Shown here in pieces: positions 49,554-59,623 of a DNA stretch of 64,000 nt. Source of the stretch: Spirochaetota bacterium (GTDB lineage Bacteria > Spirochaetota > UBA4802 > UBA5550); contig OY760686.1 in NCBI GenBank assembly GCA_963663865.1, positions 576,001 through 640,000 on the forward strand, read 5' to 3'. The translations under genes and the position numbers were made by a program. How positions within the stretch are numbered: the stretch's first letter is position 1; every line of letters starts with the position of its first letter. Below the pieces are notes generated by a model. That model did not search any database. It was not told the DNA's origin and saw nothing but the letters and a program-made list of their open reading frames with translations.

Positions 49554-49760
49554 TTTGTCGTATAACCGCTCCACTGAGGCAAAAATTCTTCTTGCAAATT
49601 CAAAAGAGCTGTTTTAACAAAGGGTATCCTGTTAAGGAAGCTGATTTTTTAGCCCGGGTGAGTCCGGGCATTTTTGGAGAGTGTTGATCGCAGAATAGTT
49701 TTCCGGTTATTGTTTTCACAGTTCCCTTAACAAAATTCTATGTTCAGGAAGGGGGATTTT

Positions 49761-50294
49761 ATGGCTGATGCTGTTGTGAAGAAGATGGATATTCCCGCGG
49801 CCGATTTGAAAAGGCTGGACGGGATTATTGATTCATGCGCCGGTAAAAACGGGGCCCTGCTCTCAATACTTGAGGAGGCCCAGAAGATTAGCCGGCACTC
49901 CTACCTTCCGGAGGATGTTCTCGAGTACATCTCAATGAAGACAGCGACACCGCTGTCCAGAATCTACAATGTCGTAACATTCTATTCGTTCTTTAACCTC
50001 AAGCCCCAGGGCGAACACGTTATAACCATCTGCCGCGGAACAGCCTGTCACACCAGAGGTTCCAGGTCTCTTCTCAACGATATAGCCTCACGATACGGCT
50101 GCGCTGATGAGCTTGAGGGCGGCGAGGCCTCATTCACCACGTCAGACAACAGAATTACAATACAGACAGTTGCATGCTTCGGCCAGTGCGCGCTCGCTCC
50201 GGTAATTGCAGTAGATGGAATCATATACAGCAACGTAACTGCAGCGAAGCTTCAGAAGCTTCTCAACTCCCTTGATAAGGGGGGTAAAAAGTGA
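49761..50294 (+). CDS. hydC: [FeFe]-hydrogenase NuoE-like 2Fe-2S subunit
   Basis: 'VVTFYSFF', 'ICRGTACH' and 'VACFGQCALAPV'. Confidence 0.9.
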   Translation: MADAVVKKMDIPAADLKRLDGIIDSCAGKNGALLSILEEAQKISRHSYLPEDVLEYISMKTATPLSRIYNVVTFYSFFNLKPQGEHVITICRGTACHTRGSRSLLNDIASRYGCADELEGGEASFTTSDNRITIQTVACFGQCALAPVIAVDGIIYSNVTAAKLQKLLNSLDKGGKK

Positions 50295-53200
50295 TGGAGA
50301 AAATACAGACAGTTGAAGAGCTTCAGGGGAGGAGCGCGGAGTTCCGCTCGGCGCTGTTCCCCGACTACCCGGTCTTTTCAGTGGGGATGGGGACCTGCGG
50401 AATCGGCAACGGCGCCGAACAGGTCCATGAGGCCATTGGCAGGGAGATCAAGTCGCAGGGCACGCGGATAGGCCTGAAGGTAACAGGGTGCTTCGGCTAC
50501 TGCGCCGGAGAGACACTCGTCAACCTGTACATGCCGGGCCAGCCGCTTGTGATATTCAGCAAAGTTAAGCCCAGGGATGCCGCGGGACTTGTAAAGTATG
50601 TCCTTAAGGGCGATGTCCCTGCAGGAAGGGCGTTCTGCAAAGTCGAGGACTGGGACTTTGTTACCTCGCGGCACAGCTTCGGAACCGGCTATGATAAAAT
50701 CCCCATGTGGAATGAGGTCCCCTTTTTCAAGGGTCAGAAGAAGTTCGTTTTGCGCGATGCCGGCATTATAGATCCGGAGAGCATTGAGGAGTACATCGCC
50801 GTCGGCGGCTACGGGGCCCTCGGAAAAGCACTCGGAGAGATGGGACCTGACAATGTAATAGACACTGTCAACAGGTCAAAACTCCGCGGTCGGGGCGGAG
50901 CGGGTTTTCCGACCGGATTCAAGTGGAAGCTTATGAAAAAGCAGGAGGCCCCCAAAAAGTATGTTGTCTGCAATGCCGACGAAGGGGACCCCGGCGCATA
51001 CATGAACCGCAACGAGATTGAAAGCGACCCTCACGCTCTGCTTGAGGGCATGGCCATCGGTGCTTATGCCATGGGCTCCGACGAGGGCCTTGTCTACGTC
51101 AGGGCCGAATATCCCCTCGCGGTTAAAAGGCTTACCAGAGCGATAGATGAGGCCCGCGCGGCCGGACTTCTCGGCGAAAATATACTTGGTTCAGGGTTCT
51201 CGTTTGACGTGAGCGTAATTGAGGGGGCCGGGGCCTTTGTCTGCGGAGAGGAAACCGCGCTTATCTCATCGGTTGAAGGCCGCGCGGGCCGTGCCTTACC
51301 GCGTCCGCCATATCCCGCGGAAAAGGGGTTAAACGGCTGCCCTACCAACATAAACAATGTTGAGACGTGGATCAATGTGCCCGCTATTATCAGCGCCGGC
51401 CCGGAGAACTTCGCGTCAATCGGCACGGAGAAGAGCCCCGGGACAAAGGTCTTCTCGCTTGTCGGGAAGGTGAAGAACACGGGGCTTGTTGAGCTTCCTC
51501 TCGGAACCAGACTGATCGACATAGTCTACTCGATGGGAGGGGGAACGGGAAGCCGCAAGAAGATCAAGGCCGTCCAGACAGGAGGGCCGTCGGGAGGCTG
51601 CATACCCGCCTTTCAATTTGACACGCCTGTCGATTATGAGTCGCTTAACGCGCTGGGCGCCATCATGGGGTCGGGCGGTATGGTCGTAATGGACCAGGAC
51701 AACTGTATGGTTGATGTCGCCCGCTACTTTGTCGAATTCACCCACTCAGAGTCATGCGGCCGCTGCACTCCCTGCCGTGAGGGGCTTTCCCAGATGCTCG
51801 AGATACTGAACAGGATAACAAAGGGACGGGGAAGGTCTTCAGACCTTGCCACGCTTGAGAAGCTTGGGGGCGTCATAAAGGATTCGTCGCTCTGCGGCCT
51901 GGGGCAGACGAGCGCAAACCCGGTGCTCACCACGCTCAGATACTTCCGAAACGAATACGAGGAGCACATTGACAGCGGGCGCTGTTCATCAGGGGTCTGC
52001 GAAGACTTGTTCCTTGCGCTGTGTGAGAACAGCTGTCCGATGCACATGAATATTCCGGGGTATCTGCAGCTGCTGAAAGAAGGACGCCTTGAAGAGGCCT
52101 TTGAACTCACTCTGCGCGACAATCCGCTTCCGGGCACCGTGGGGCGAATATGCTACTTCCACTGCAAGATGCAGTGCAGACGCGAGGCAGTGGACGAGCC
52201 CGTATCACAGGGCGAGATTCACCGCTACCTTGCGGATACAATGTATAAGATGGGAAAGGAGAAGGCGGTCTACCGCAGGCTCGTGAAGGAAAAGCTGCCT
52301 CCGACCGGAAAGAGGATCGCCATTATCGGAGCCGGGCCGAGCGGCCTTGCCGCGTCATTTTACCTTGCCCGCCTGGGGCACGATGTGACGGTCTACGACA
52401 GGCACGCTAAACCCGGCGGGATTCTCAGATACGGAATACCGGCGTACCGTCTTCCAAAAGACGTTCTGGATAAGGAGCTCCAGGTTTTCAGGAGCCTTGG
52501 AGTAAAGTTCGAGATGAATACTGATGCCGGAAAGACAATCGGCTATGACAGGCTTCTGTCGGACAACGATGCGATTTTTGCCGCGGTCGGGGCGCAGAAG
52601 GACATTATGCCTGGGATTGAGGGCGAAGACCTCAAGGGTGTCTATCCCGGATATGAGTTTCTTGAGGATTTCGCCATGGGAAAGGTTAAGAAACCGGGCA
52701 AAAAGGCGCTGGTCATCGGCGGCGGAAATGTTGCCGTAGACGCGGCGCGTACGCTTCTGAGACTGGGGACCGAAGTCACAATCGTTTACAGACGCGACAG
52801 AAATGAGATGCCGGCCAATGAGCATGAGATACTTGATGCTGAAGCCGAGAAGGTCAGGTTCATGTTTATGAGGGCCCCTCTAAGAATTCTGGGGGATGAT
52901 GGGGGCCGTGTCAGGGCGCTCGAAGTGGAGAAGATTAGATTCGAGGGATACGATATTTACGGACGTAAGAAGCCCGTCTGCTGCGGTGAGACGGAAGTCA
53001 TTAAATGCGACATGATCGTTCTGGCCGTCGGTGAGAGAGTGCACTTTGAGCAGGCCGATGAGCTTGGTGTTAAAGTCAGAAAGAACGGTTCGATAGACGC
53101 GGACCCGATTTCATTCAGAACGTCTCATCCCCGGATATATGCGGGTGGAGACGCTGTCAGCGGTCCCGCAACTGTTTCGGAGGCGATGGGGATGGCCGTG

Positions 53201-53482
53201 AGGGCGGCACAGTCAATTGACTTTGACCTGATGAAGGAACACCGTTTCGGAAAGCTTTACAGAGAGTTTGACTACAAAAACGAGGCCCCCTTGAAGCCTG
53301 AGGGCGGACGGCAGAGCAGGCCTAAGCCGCTTCCGGTCAAAGAACGAGTAAACAACTTCCAGGAGGTGTTGCCGGGCTATACGGGAGAGCAGGCACTTCT
53401 TGAGGCGGTGAGATGCCTCAGGTGCGATGTGAAGGACTGCGGAGTACAAAACAGGCCCGGGGAGGTTAAGCATGTCAGATAA
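50291..53482 (+). CDS. hydB: NuoF-like (FMN/NADH) hydrogenase subunit fused to GltD/NfnB-like FAD/NADPH domain
   Basis: NuoF part: 'LRGRGGAGFPTG', 'CNADEGDPG', 'ESCGRCTPCREG'. GltD-like part: 'CENSCP', 'GRICYFHC', 'IIGAGPSG', 'VIGGGNVA.DAAR', 'YRR..EMPA', 'EAVRCLRC'. Confidence 0.88.
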   Translation: MMEKIQTVEELQGRSAEFRSALFPDYPVFSVGMGTCGIGNGAEQVHEAIGREIKSQGTRIGLKVTGCFGYCAGETLVNLYMPGQPLVIFSKVKPRDAAGLVKYVLKGDVPAGRAFCKVEDWDFVTSRHSFGTGYDKIPMWNEVPFFKGQKKFVLRDAGIIDPESIEEYIAVGGYGALGKALGEMGPDNVIDTVNRSKLRGRGGAGFPTGFKWKLMKKQEAPKKYVVCNADEGDPGAYMNRNEIESDPHALLEGMAIGAYAMGSDEGLVYVRAEYPLAVKRLTRAIDEARAAGLLGENILGSGFSFDVSVIEGAGAFVCGEETALISSVEGRAGRALPRPPYPAEKGLNGCPTNINNVETWINVPAIISAGPENFASIGTEKSPGTKVFSLVGKVKNTGLVELPLGTRLIDIVYSMGGGTGSRKKIKAVQTGGPSGGCIPAFQFDTPVDYESLNALGAIMGSGGMVVMDQDNCMVDVARYFVEFTHSESCGRCTPCREGLSQMLEILNRITKGRGRSSDLATLEKLGGVIKDSSLCGLGQTSANPVLTTLRYFRNEYEEHIDSGRCSSGVCEDLFLALCENSCPMHMNIPGYLQLLKEGRLEEAFELTLRDNPLPGTVGRICYFHCKMQCRREAVDEPVSQGEIHRYLADTMYKMGKEKAVYRRLVKEKLPPTGKRIAIIGAGPSGLAASFYLARLGHDVTVYDRHAKPGGILRYGIPAYRLPKDVLDKELQVFRSLGVKFEMNTDAGKTIGYDRLLSDNDAIFAAVGAQKDIMPGIEGEDLKGVYPGYEFLEDFAMGKVKKPGKKALVIGGGNVAVDAARTLLRLGTEVTIVYRRDRNEMPANEHEILDAEAEKVRFMFMRAPLRILGDDGGRVRALEVEKIRFEGYDIYGRKKPVCCGETEVIKCDMIVLAVGERVHFEQADELGVKVRKNGSIDADPISFRTSHPRIYAGGDAVSGPATVSEAMGMAVRAAQSIDFDLMKEHRFGKLYREFDYKNEAPLKPEGGRQSRPKPLPVKERVNNFQEVLPGYTGEQALLEAVRCLRCDVKDCGVQNRPGEVKHVR

Positions 53483-55244
53483 GGTGAACATTACAATAAA
53501 CGGAATATCCTGCTCAGCCGGCAGGGAAGCCACAATACTTGAGGCCTGCCGTGAGGCGGGAATTGAGGTCCCTACACTTTGCTTTATGGAGGATGTGGCT
53601 TCTAACGCCTCCTGCGGTGTCTGCGTTGTTGAGGTCAAAAACGCAAAATCTCTTGTGAGGTCATGTGTCACAAAGGTCTCAGAGAACATGGAGATAATGA
53701 CAAACACGGAGAGGGTCCGCACGGCGAGAAAGACAAACGTGGAGCTTCTGCTGGCCAACCATCCCAAGGACTGCCTTACCTGTATGAGGAATCAGAACTG
53801 CGAGCTTCAGACGATTGCCTCAGACCTTGGCATTAAGGAGACATCGTTTGTCCCGACACGCGGGGTCTACGAGTTTGACGAGACATCCCCTTCAATCATA
53901 CGCGATCCAAACAAGTGCATACTCTGCGGCCGCTGCGTTGAGGTCTGCTCCCAGGTACAGACGGTGCACGCCATCAACCTGTCGGGGCGGGGGGCCAAAT
54001 CGAAGGTGTCGACCTTCATGGAAAGGGGGCTTGGCAATATTGCCTGCACAAACTGCGGTCAGTGCGCCCTTGTATGCCCTACCGGAGCTATCGTCGAGCG
54101 CGATGACACCGAAGAGGTCTTCAGGCACATCATGGACCCGAAAAAGGTCGTGATCGTGCAGACCGCGCCTGCCATCAGGGTCGGCATCGGCGAGGCGATG
54201 GGCATGGGGCCGGGGGCGCTCGTCACGGGGCAGATGGTTGCCGGGCTCAGAAGGCTCGGATTTGACCGCGTATTCGATACCGATTTCGCCGCCGACCTGA
54301 CAATAATGGAAGAAGGAAACGAGCTTATCCGGCGCATAAAGGGTAAGGGCGTTCTGCCTATGATAACATCGTGTTCGCCGGGCTGGATAAAGTTTGCCGA
54401 GCACTTTTTTCCCGGTCAGCTTGAGCACCTGTCGACCTGCAAGTCTCCGCAGCAGATGTTCGGTGCTGTCGCCAAGACCTACTACGCGGAGAAGGCGGGG
54501 ATAGACCCGCGCCGCATGGTTGTTGTCTCTGTCATGCCGTGCACGGCAAAGAAGTACGAGGCGAAACGCCCCGAGATGCTGGGAGCGTTTGAGTACTGGC
54601 AGTCGAAAGAAGGCTTCGGGGGCGATGATGTCTTCTACGACATTGACTGTGTTTTAACCACAAGGGAGCTGGCGCGCATGTTTAAAGAAGCCGGCATCCG
54701 CTTTGACAGCCTTCCGGAAGAGAACTTCGACAGCCCGCTTGGTGAGTCAACCGGGGCGGCGGTAATTTTCGGCGCGACCGGCGGCGTCATGGAGGCGGCC
54801 GTCAGGACTGCTTATGAGGCCGTGACGGGCGAGGCCCTTCCAGGGATTGAGCTCAGGGCGGTGCGGGGCTTTCAGGGTATACGGGAGGCCGAGCTTGACC
54901 TTGCCGGAACGAAGATAAAGGTCGCGGTTGCTCACACTCTCGGAAATGCCCGCGTACTGCTTGAGCAGATTGAAAGGGGCGAGTCTCCTTACACGTTTAT
55001 CGAGGTCATGACCTGCCCGGGAGGATGTCTGGGCGGAGGCGGACAGCCCATTCCTACGACCTGGGCTGTCAGGCAGAAGAGGGCCGAATCCATTTACCGC
55101 GAAGACAGCGGAAAGGCGATACGCAAGTCTCACGAAAACCCGGAGATCAAGGCGCTCTACGATGAGTTCCTGAAGGAGCCTCTGGGCGAGAGGTCTCACA
55201 GCCTTCTTCACACAGAATACACTAAGCGCGGCGTCTACGTTTAG
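53472..55244 (+). CDS. hydA: [FeFe]-hydrogenase catalytic subunit (group A)
   Basis: H-cluster motifs L1 'TSCSPGW', L2 'MPCTAKKYE' and L3 'EVMTCPGGCLGGGGQP'; N-terminal 2Fe-2S, His-ligated and 2x[4Fe-4S] motifs. Confidence 0.96.
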   Translation: MSDKVNITINGISCSAGREATILEACREAGIEVPTLCFMEDVASNASCGVCVVEVKNAKSLVRSCVTKVSENMEIMTNTERVRTARKTNVELLLANHPKDCLTCMRNQNCELQTIASDLGIKETSFVPTRGVYEFDETSPSIIRDPNKCILCGRCVEVCSQVQTVHAINLSGRGAKSKVSTFMERGLGNIACTNCGQCALVCPTGAIVERDDTEEVFRHIMDPKKVVIVQTAPAIRVGIGEAMGMGPGALVTGQMVAGLRRLGFDRVFDTDFAADLTIMEEGNELIRRIKGKGVLPMITSCSPGWIKFAEHFFPGQLEHLSTCKSPQQMFGAVAKTYYAEKAGIDPRRMVVVSVMPCTAKKYEAKRPEMLGAFEYWQSKEGFGGDDVFYDIDCVLTTRELARMFKEAGIRFDSLPEENFDSPLGESTGAAVIFGATGGVMEAAVRTAYEAVTGEALPGIELRAVRGFQGIREAELDLAGTKIKVAVAHTLGNARVLLEQIERGESPYTFIEVMTCPGGCLGGGGQPIPTTWAVRQKRAESIYREDSGKAIRKSHENPEIKALYDEFLKEPLGERSHSLLHTEYTKRGVYV

Positions 55245-55382
55245 GTCAGCCGGATTACAGGCGGGGCGCCGCGTTCGGTGTCCCCGCAAAATAGAATTTG
55301 AAAACCCTGCTAAAAAGTACTTGAAAACAGCCGGAAAAAACCTGACCAGTTAAATGCTGTATTAACAAAATCGGAAGGACGC

Positions 55383-55805
55383 TTGATGGAACACGATGTG
55401 AGATGGATGCAAAGGTTTTCAAATTTCAGTCGGGCATTTATGCTTCTTCGGGAGGTCCTTGATTCAACCGACGATGTACTCTCTCTTGAAGCCATTGTTA
55501 AGGAAGGGATAATTCAGCGGTTTGAATACACTTTTGAACTTGCCTGGAACACGCTTAAAGACAAAATGATTGCAGATGGCCTGTTGATTGAAAGGGTATC
55601 TCCGAAATATGTTTTTAAGGCTGCCTACCAGGGCAGATACATTGAAGAAGTTGAAATATGGATAGAAATGGCAAATGACAGAAACCTCATGAGCCATACC
55701 TATGACTTCGCCAAATTTGACGAAGTGGTCGTGAAGCTGAAGGAAAGATATCTGTCGCTTTTAAATAGTCTATACAGCTATTTTAACTCGGAACTGGAAA
55801 AATGA
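55383..55805 (+). CDS. HEPN-domain protein (HI0074 family)
   Basis: 'GIIQRFEYTFELAW' and RX4H motif 'RNLMSHTY'. Confidence 0.9.
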   Translation: MMEHDVRWMQRFSNFSRAFMLLREVLDSTDDVLSLEAIVKEGIIQRFEYTFELAWNTLKDKMIADGLLIERVSPKYVFKAAYQGRYIEEVEIWIEMANDRNLMSHTYDFAKFDEVVVKLKERYLSLLNSLYSYFNSELEK

Positions 55806-56110
55806 GTTTCGGCCTGTCAGAGAAGAATGAGGATATCCTGAAAAGAATTCTGTCGAGGAATATAGCCTCAGGGCAGGTCATTGTGTACGGCTCAAGGGCG
55901 AAGGGAAACTTCACTGAAAGGAGCGATATCGACCTCGTTATAAAGGGAAGCGGAAGAATTGATGACCAGATTATCGCTGAGATAAAAGAAGAGATTGATG
56001 AATCTGATTTTCCGTATCTCGCCGATGTTCAGTACTATGAAAGCATTAAGAACCCCTCGCTCGTAGAGCATATTGACAGGGCCGGGAAGCTTCTTCTCAA
56101 GATTAGCTGA
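55802..56110 (+). CDS. Minimal nucleotidyltransferase (MNT), HEPN/MNT partner
   Basis: 'VYGSRAKGNF..RSDIDLVI'; ATGA overlap with the HEPN gene. Confidence 0.9.
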   Translation: MSFGLSEKNEDILKRILSRNIASGQVIVYGSRAKGNFTERSDIDLVIKGSGRIDDQIIAEIKEEIDESDFPYLADVQYYESIKNPSLVEHIDRAGKLLLKIS

Positions 56111-56256
56111 ATATCCCCCCCCCCCAATAATAGACAAAAAACCAATAATCCGCTTTTTTTTACGTCTTATCCTGCAAGGAGGGACGATTTTGCTCCTCTC
56201 AGGTGTTACATTAATAGGATGATATGATGCCGACCTTCCGGTAAATTTTTTTTAAG

Positions 56257-56754
56257 GTGCTGCTGATGCGAAAGGAATCACTCCAGTTCAACGAAAACAT
56301 GATATATCTGTGGAACAGGGTAGGAGGCGAGGTGGAAAGGATTGCCGACTGTCTGCAGGGAGAAAAAAATCTCCTTTACGGGCTCTTTGATAAGGAGAGG
56401 ATTTGCACTGAGCTCAAGAATCTCGCGATGTTCCATATCCTGTCTGAATACCGCGACTATGTGAGGGAAAGCAAAGCCGCGGACACGGGAATCATGGCGG
56501 GTGATGAGCTGTTCAGGCCCGGGAGCTCCGGGTTCTCATCGCTGAAAACGGCCTTTGAGAAGGGAAATCCCCCGGGGGAGAGCGGGCTTTGCGCCGCTGC
56601 GATTCAGAGGCTTAACGAGGAGAAGATGTTTCCCGATGAATTTCTGGATGAGGAAATCGGCCGCATTGAATTGTACTCTTTCTTCCTGAAGGGATACATC
56701 AGAAGCTTCATTGAAAGGTATTCGTGTCTTTCAGATGATGACGCCCCTCTCTGA
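56257..56754 (+). CDS. Hypothetical protein
   Basis: 165-aa ORF with host-like composition; no recognised motif. Confidence 0.55.
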   Translation: MLLMRKESLQFNENMIYLWNRVGGEVERIADCLQGEKNLLYGLFDKERICTELKNLAMFHILSEYRDYVRESKAADTGIMAGDELFRPGSSGFSSLKTAFEKGNPPGESGLCAAAIQRLNEEKMFPDEFLDEEIGRIELYSFFLKGYIRSFIERYSCLSDDDAPL

Positions 56755-56898
56755 TGGACAAAGAAGACCAGATCATTAAACTACCCGCATTGGCGGCCGC
56801 TTGCCGCCCCGCGCAAAGGACCCTGAGGGCCTGGTGAAACCCGCAGCGCGGAAGATAAATGGCGTCCGTGACGCCTGATAAAGGAAATTGAACTTTTT

Positions 56899-57789
56899 AT
56901 GAGAAAATTACTGATTGCTTGTGCCCTTCTGTGCGCGGCGTTATCGCAGGCCTTCGCCGGAGAAAAAAGACCCAATCACTTTTACGAGTTCGATTTTGGA
57001 GTAAGGGACGGGGGATATGCTGAGCGTAATTACGGCATCTCTCTGTTCGACAGCTACGGGAACGACGGACTGCGTTTTACAGACAGGGCGAGTCTCAAAA
57101 CCGTACGAAACGGCGGTGAGTCCATGATAGAGCGATATGATGCAATGGCCCTGATGCTGGGGCTGAAGGCTGGTAACAATTCGTTTATGACCGCGCTCAG
57201 GGCCGCCAGCGAAAGAAGGGAAGACCTGTTCAGGGACTCCTATTATCTTCTGGGATGGAACTATACGATCAAGATCAGCTCTGATTTCACGGTTGAACCG
57301 GGCATACTGCTTTCCAATGAGTTCAGCTACTGGGACTATTTCGGATTCAACGAAGATATTCCGGGAATCATTCCTCTGGTGTCGCTGACATGGATGAAGC
57401 CCCGCTATGTCGTAAAGGTGGGGGCGTTCAACATGTTCCACTACAGGACTTCCGGGTTTGAATTTATGGTGAGATATATCCCCGTATATGAAGCGGCTGT
57501 TTCCCTGAAGTATAATCTGTCAAAGGGACTGTACCTTGAGGCGTTCGCAGATTCCCATCTCGACACGGTCAACACCTCTGAGATCGAGGAAGACAAGCTC
57601 TGTGTACTGACCGCGCGCACCGGTCTGAGAGCGGGCACTTACCTGAGCAGTAACATCGGTATCTCGGCTGATGGCGGTTATTCTCCTTTTCAGAGCGAAT
57701 GGGAGGGCGATTCGCTTGAGCAGAAAGGCGGGGTCAAGAGGCTCGACGGTTTATGGTTTGCTGACTTGAAGGTGTCGCTGTTCTTTTAA
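56899..57789 (+). CDS. Putative outer-membrane beta-barrel protein
   Basis: Cleavable signal peptide (AFA), aromatic/Gly-rich beta pattern and C-terminal Phe ('LKVSLFF'). Confidence 0.6.
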   Translation: MRKLLIACALLCAALSQAFAGEKRPNHFYEFDFGVRDGGYAERNYGISLFDSYGNDGLRFTDRASLKTVRNGGESMIERYDAMALMLGLKAGNNSFMTALRAASERREDLFRDSYYLLGWNYTIKISSDFTVEPGILLSNEFSYWDYFGFNEDIPGIIPLVSLTWMKPRYVVKVGAFNMFHYRTSGFEFMVRYIPVYEAAVSLKYNLSKGLYLEAFADSHLDTVNTSEIEEDKLCVLTARTGLRAGTYLSSNIGISADGGYSPFQSEWEGDSLEQKGGVKRLDGLWFADLKVSLFF

Positions 57790-57976
57790 CCGGGAGCAGT
57801 GAGCTTTGTGTCTCGCTGGTACTAAAAAGTCCTTGCTTTCAACTCGCGTTCTAATATAATGCAAAAAATGTCCAAAGTGCGGCTGATTGGCCCATTCAGC
57901 AGAGTTCTTTAAACCCCCGGCCCTGTGCAGAAGCGCCTTTCTCCGGTCGTGCGGTTTTAATTCGGAGGATCGTGTT

Positions 57977-58768
57977 ATGAAAGTCACGGAGAGATTCCTG
58001 CTCAGTCTGTTTATCACATTTATCATGATATCTTTTTCTGCCGATGCGTTCGCGGAAACCCCTTCAGAGATGATCGATAACTTCTACACCGCCAGAAAGT
58101 TCATGCGCGGTACAATGCTTGAAATAATGGCATCAAAAGGTCTCTCGACTGCGGGAAGGAAAACCGCCTCGGAGATTCTTTACGACTATACAGTGGTGGA
58201 AACAGCTGAAGAACAGGGCTCTGCCGCTTATGCCGAGGTTGATGTGAAGTTCAGGTCAGTCGAAGAGGGCCTCAGAGACAGGACCGAGTTCTGGAAGCTT
58301 ACCAGGCAGGACGGAAGATGGATCATTGACAATGTTTACATCCCGCTTGACTGGCAGCTCCGCAGGGCTGTCAGGCCCGGAAGTTCGCTCAAAGAGAAGG
58401 TGGAGGCCGTGGCAGCCTTCAGATATCAGTATACAGTAGAGGACGTTCCACCCGGCCCGCCTCTGGTCAAATGCGCGGCATACATAAGGAGAATGGACAT
58501 AGGCAGGGCCTACTACTGGGCCGATGCCGCGGTGAGGCAGACCGGTTCAGCTGAGGCCTACTTTTACAGGGGAATTCTGGGTGCCGCGCTTGGAAGGTCA
58601 TCAGCGGGAATGCGGGACCTGATGACGGCAATCAGAAAAGACCGGCGATATTACTATGTCCTGATGCAGCTGGTTAACTCGTCCAAAGGCGGAGGCGGCA
58701 GCCGCGGCGGTTTCAGTCCTGAGAGTACTACGAGGATAATTCAGGGCGGTGTTGGAAGCCTGTTTTAA
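57977..58768 (+). CDS. Exported hypothetical protein (NTF2-like segment + TPR)
   Basis: GGAGG RBS before ATG 57977; signal peptide; 'WKLTRQDGRWIID' and TPR-like 'AEAYFYRG'. Confidence 0.6.
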   Translation: MKVTERFLLSLFITFIMISFSADAFAETPSEMIDNFYTARKFMRGTMLEIMASKGLSTAGRKTASEILYDYTVVETAEEQGSAAYAEVDVKFRSVEEGLRDRTEFWKLTRQDGRWIIDNVYIPLDWQLRRAVRPGSSLKEKVEAVAAFRYQYTVEDVPPGPPLVKCAAYIRRMDIGRAYYWADAAVRQTGSAEAYFYRGILGAALGRSSAGMRDLMTAIRKDRRYYYVLMQLVNSSKGGGGSRGGFSPESTTRIIQGGVGSLF

Positions 58769-58893
58769 CAGAGGGGGCCTGCACCGCAGGAACGATGGAA
58801 ATACCGCGGGGGACTGACGCGTTTTGCGCCGCCGGCGCTGAACAAAAGGCCTGTCGTGAGGTATATAGAACGTAAATTACAGAGAGGGCAGTC

Positions 58894-59499
58894 ATGACAA
58901 AGCTAAAACTTTTTAAGGTACTTTTCTTCGCGGGGATCGCGCTCATGGGTACCGCTGTATTCGTTGATTCTTTCAAGGTCGCGCTTTTATCGGACGCCAA
59001 GAGCAGCGAGAAACGATTGAAACAGGAACTGAAAGAGGCTTACGATGTGGAAGCACCCGACAGACCGCTTAACGAGGCCGATTATACTCTTGCCCCGGAA
59101 AAGCCCGGAGATGAGGCTTCAGAAGCGGAAAAGGCCGCCTACGAAAAGGCGTTAAAGGAACACGAGGGAAAAACAGAGGCCCTGAAAAAGAAATACGAGT
59201 CCGATCTTGAAAAGTATAAGGCTGATTACAGGGAGTATCAGAGAAAGCAGAAAGAGATGAACTTCAGGCAGACTCTTGACAGCCGCGTCAATAAAGACAG
59301 GGCAGAGGAAATCGATAAGAGCATTGAGTCCTATCAGCTCTGCGTCAACGAGTTCATATTCTCGTCGATATTGAGATTTTTTGGAATGCTCGTTTTCCTG
59401 ACGGGATCGCTTGGAGTACTGGTTCTCGGAGACAACTACGAGAGGCTTGGTGTACTGGCCGTGATAGGATTCGGCTTTAAGACCATACTCGGATTGTAG
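58894..59499 (+). CDS. Hypothetical membrane protein with coiled coil
   Basis: N- and C-terminal hydrophobic helices around a charged coiled coil; GAGGG RBS. Confidence 0.65.
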   Translation: MTKLKLFKVLFFAGIALMGTAVFVDSFKVALLSDAKSSEKRLKQELKEAYDVEAPDRPLNEADYTLAPEKPGDEASEAEKAAYEKALKEHEGKTEALKKKYESDLEKYKADYREYQRKQKEMNFRQTLDSRVNKDRAEEIDKSIESYQLCVNEFIFSSILRFFGMLVFLTGSLGVLVLGDNYERLGVLAVIGFGFKTILGL

Positions 59500-59550
59500 A
59501 TATTCCTACCTTGCTTTCCTGCTTTCTCCACGGGGCTTGAAGGAAGCAGG

Positions 59551-59623
59551 GCGCTTTTACTCCCCCCACGATGCTTGAAGTAGTGAGGTTGCTTCTGCAG
59601 CCCCCTCTTGAAAGAGGGGGAGG
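59551..59623 (+). repeat. ~73-bp direct repeat, left copy (ends in CCCCCTCTT-x-AAGAGGGGG palindrome)
   Basis: Nearly identical to 60168–60240: TTTACTCCCCCCACGRTGCTTGAAGTAGTGAGGTTGCTTYTGCAGCCCCCTCTTRAAAGAGGGGGAGG. Confidence 0.9.

Noticed and set aside
56115-56125. C11 homopolymer as a phase-variation switch
   Set aside because: It lies just after a stop codon, not inside a CDS or an identifiable promoter spacer. No support without read-level length variation.
56805-56860. c-di-GMP-I riboswitch or hammerhead ribozyme
   Set aside because: Only fragments match (CGCAAAG; CTGA..GAAA). The required order and conserved core (upstream GNRA stem; CUGANGA) are absent.
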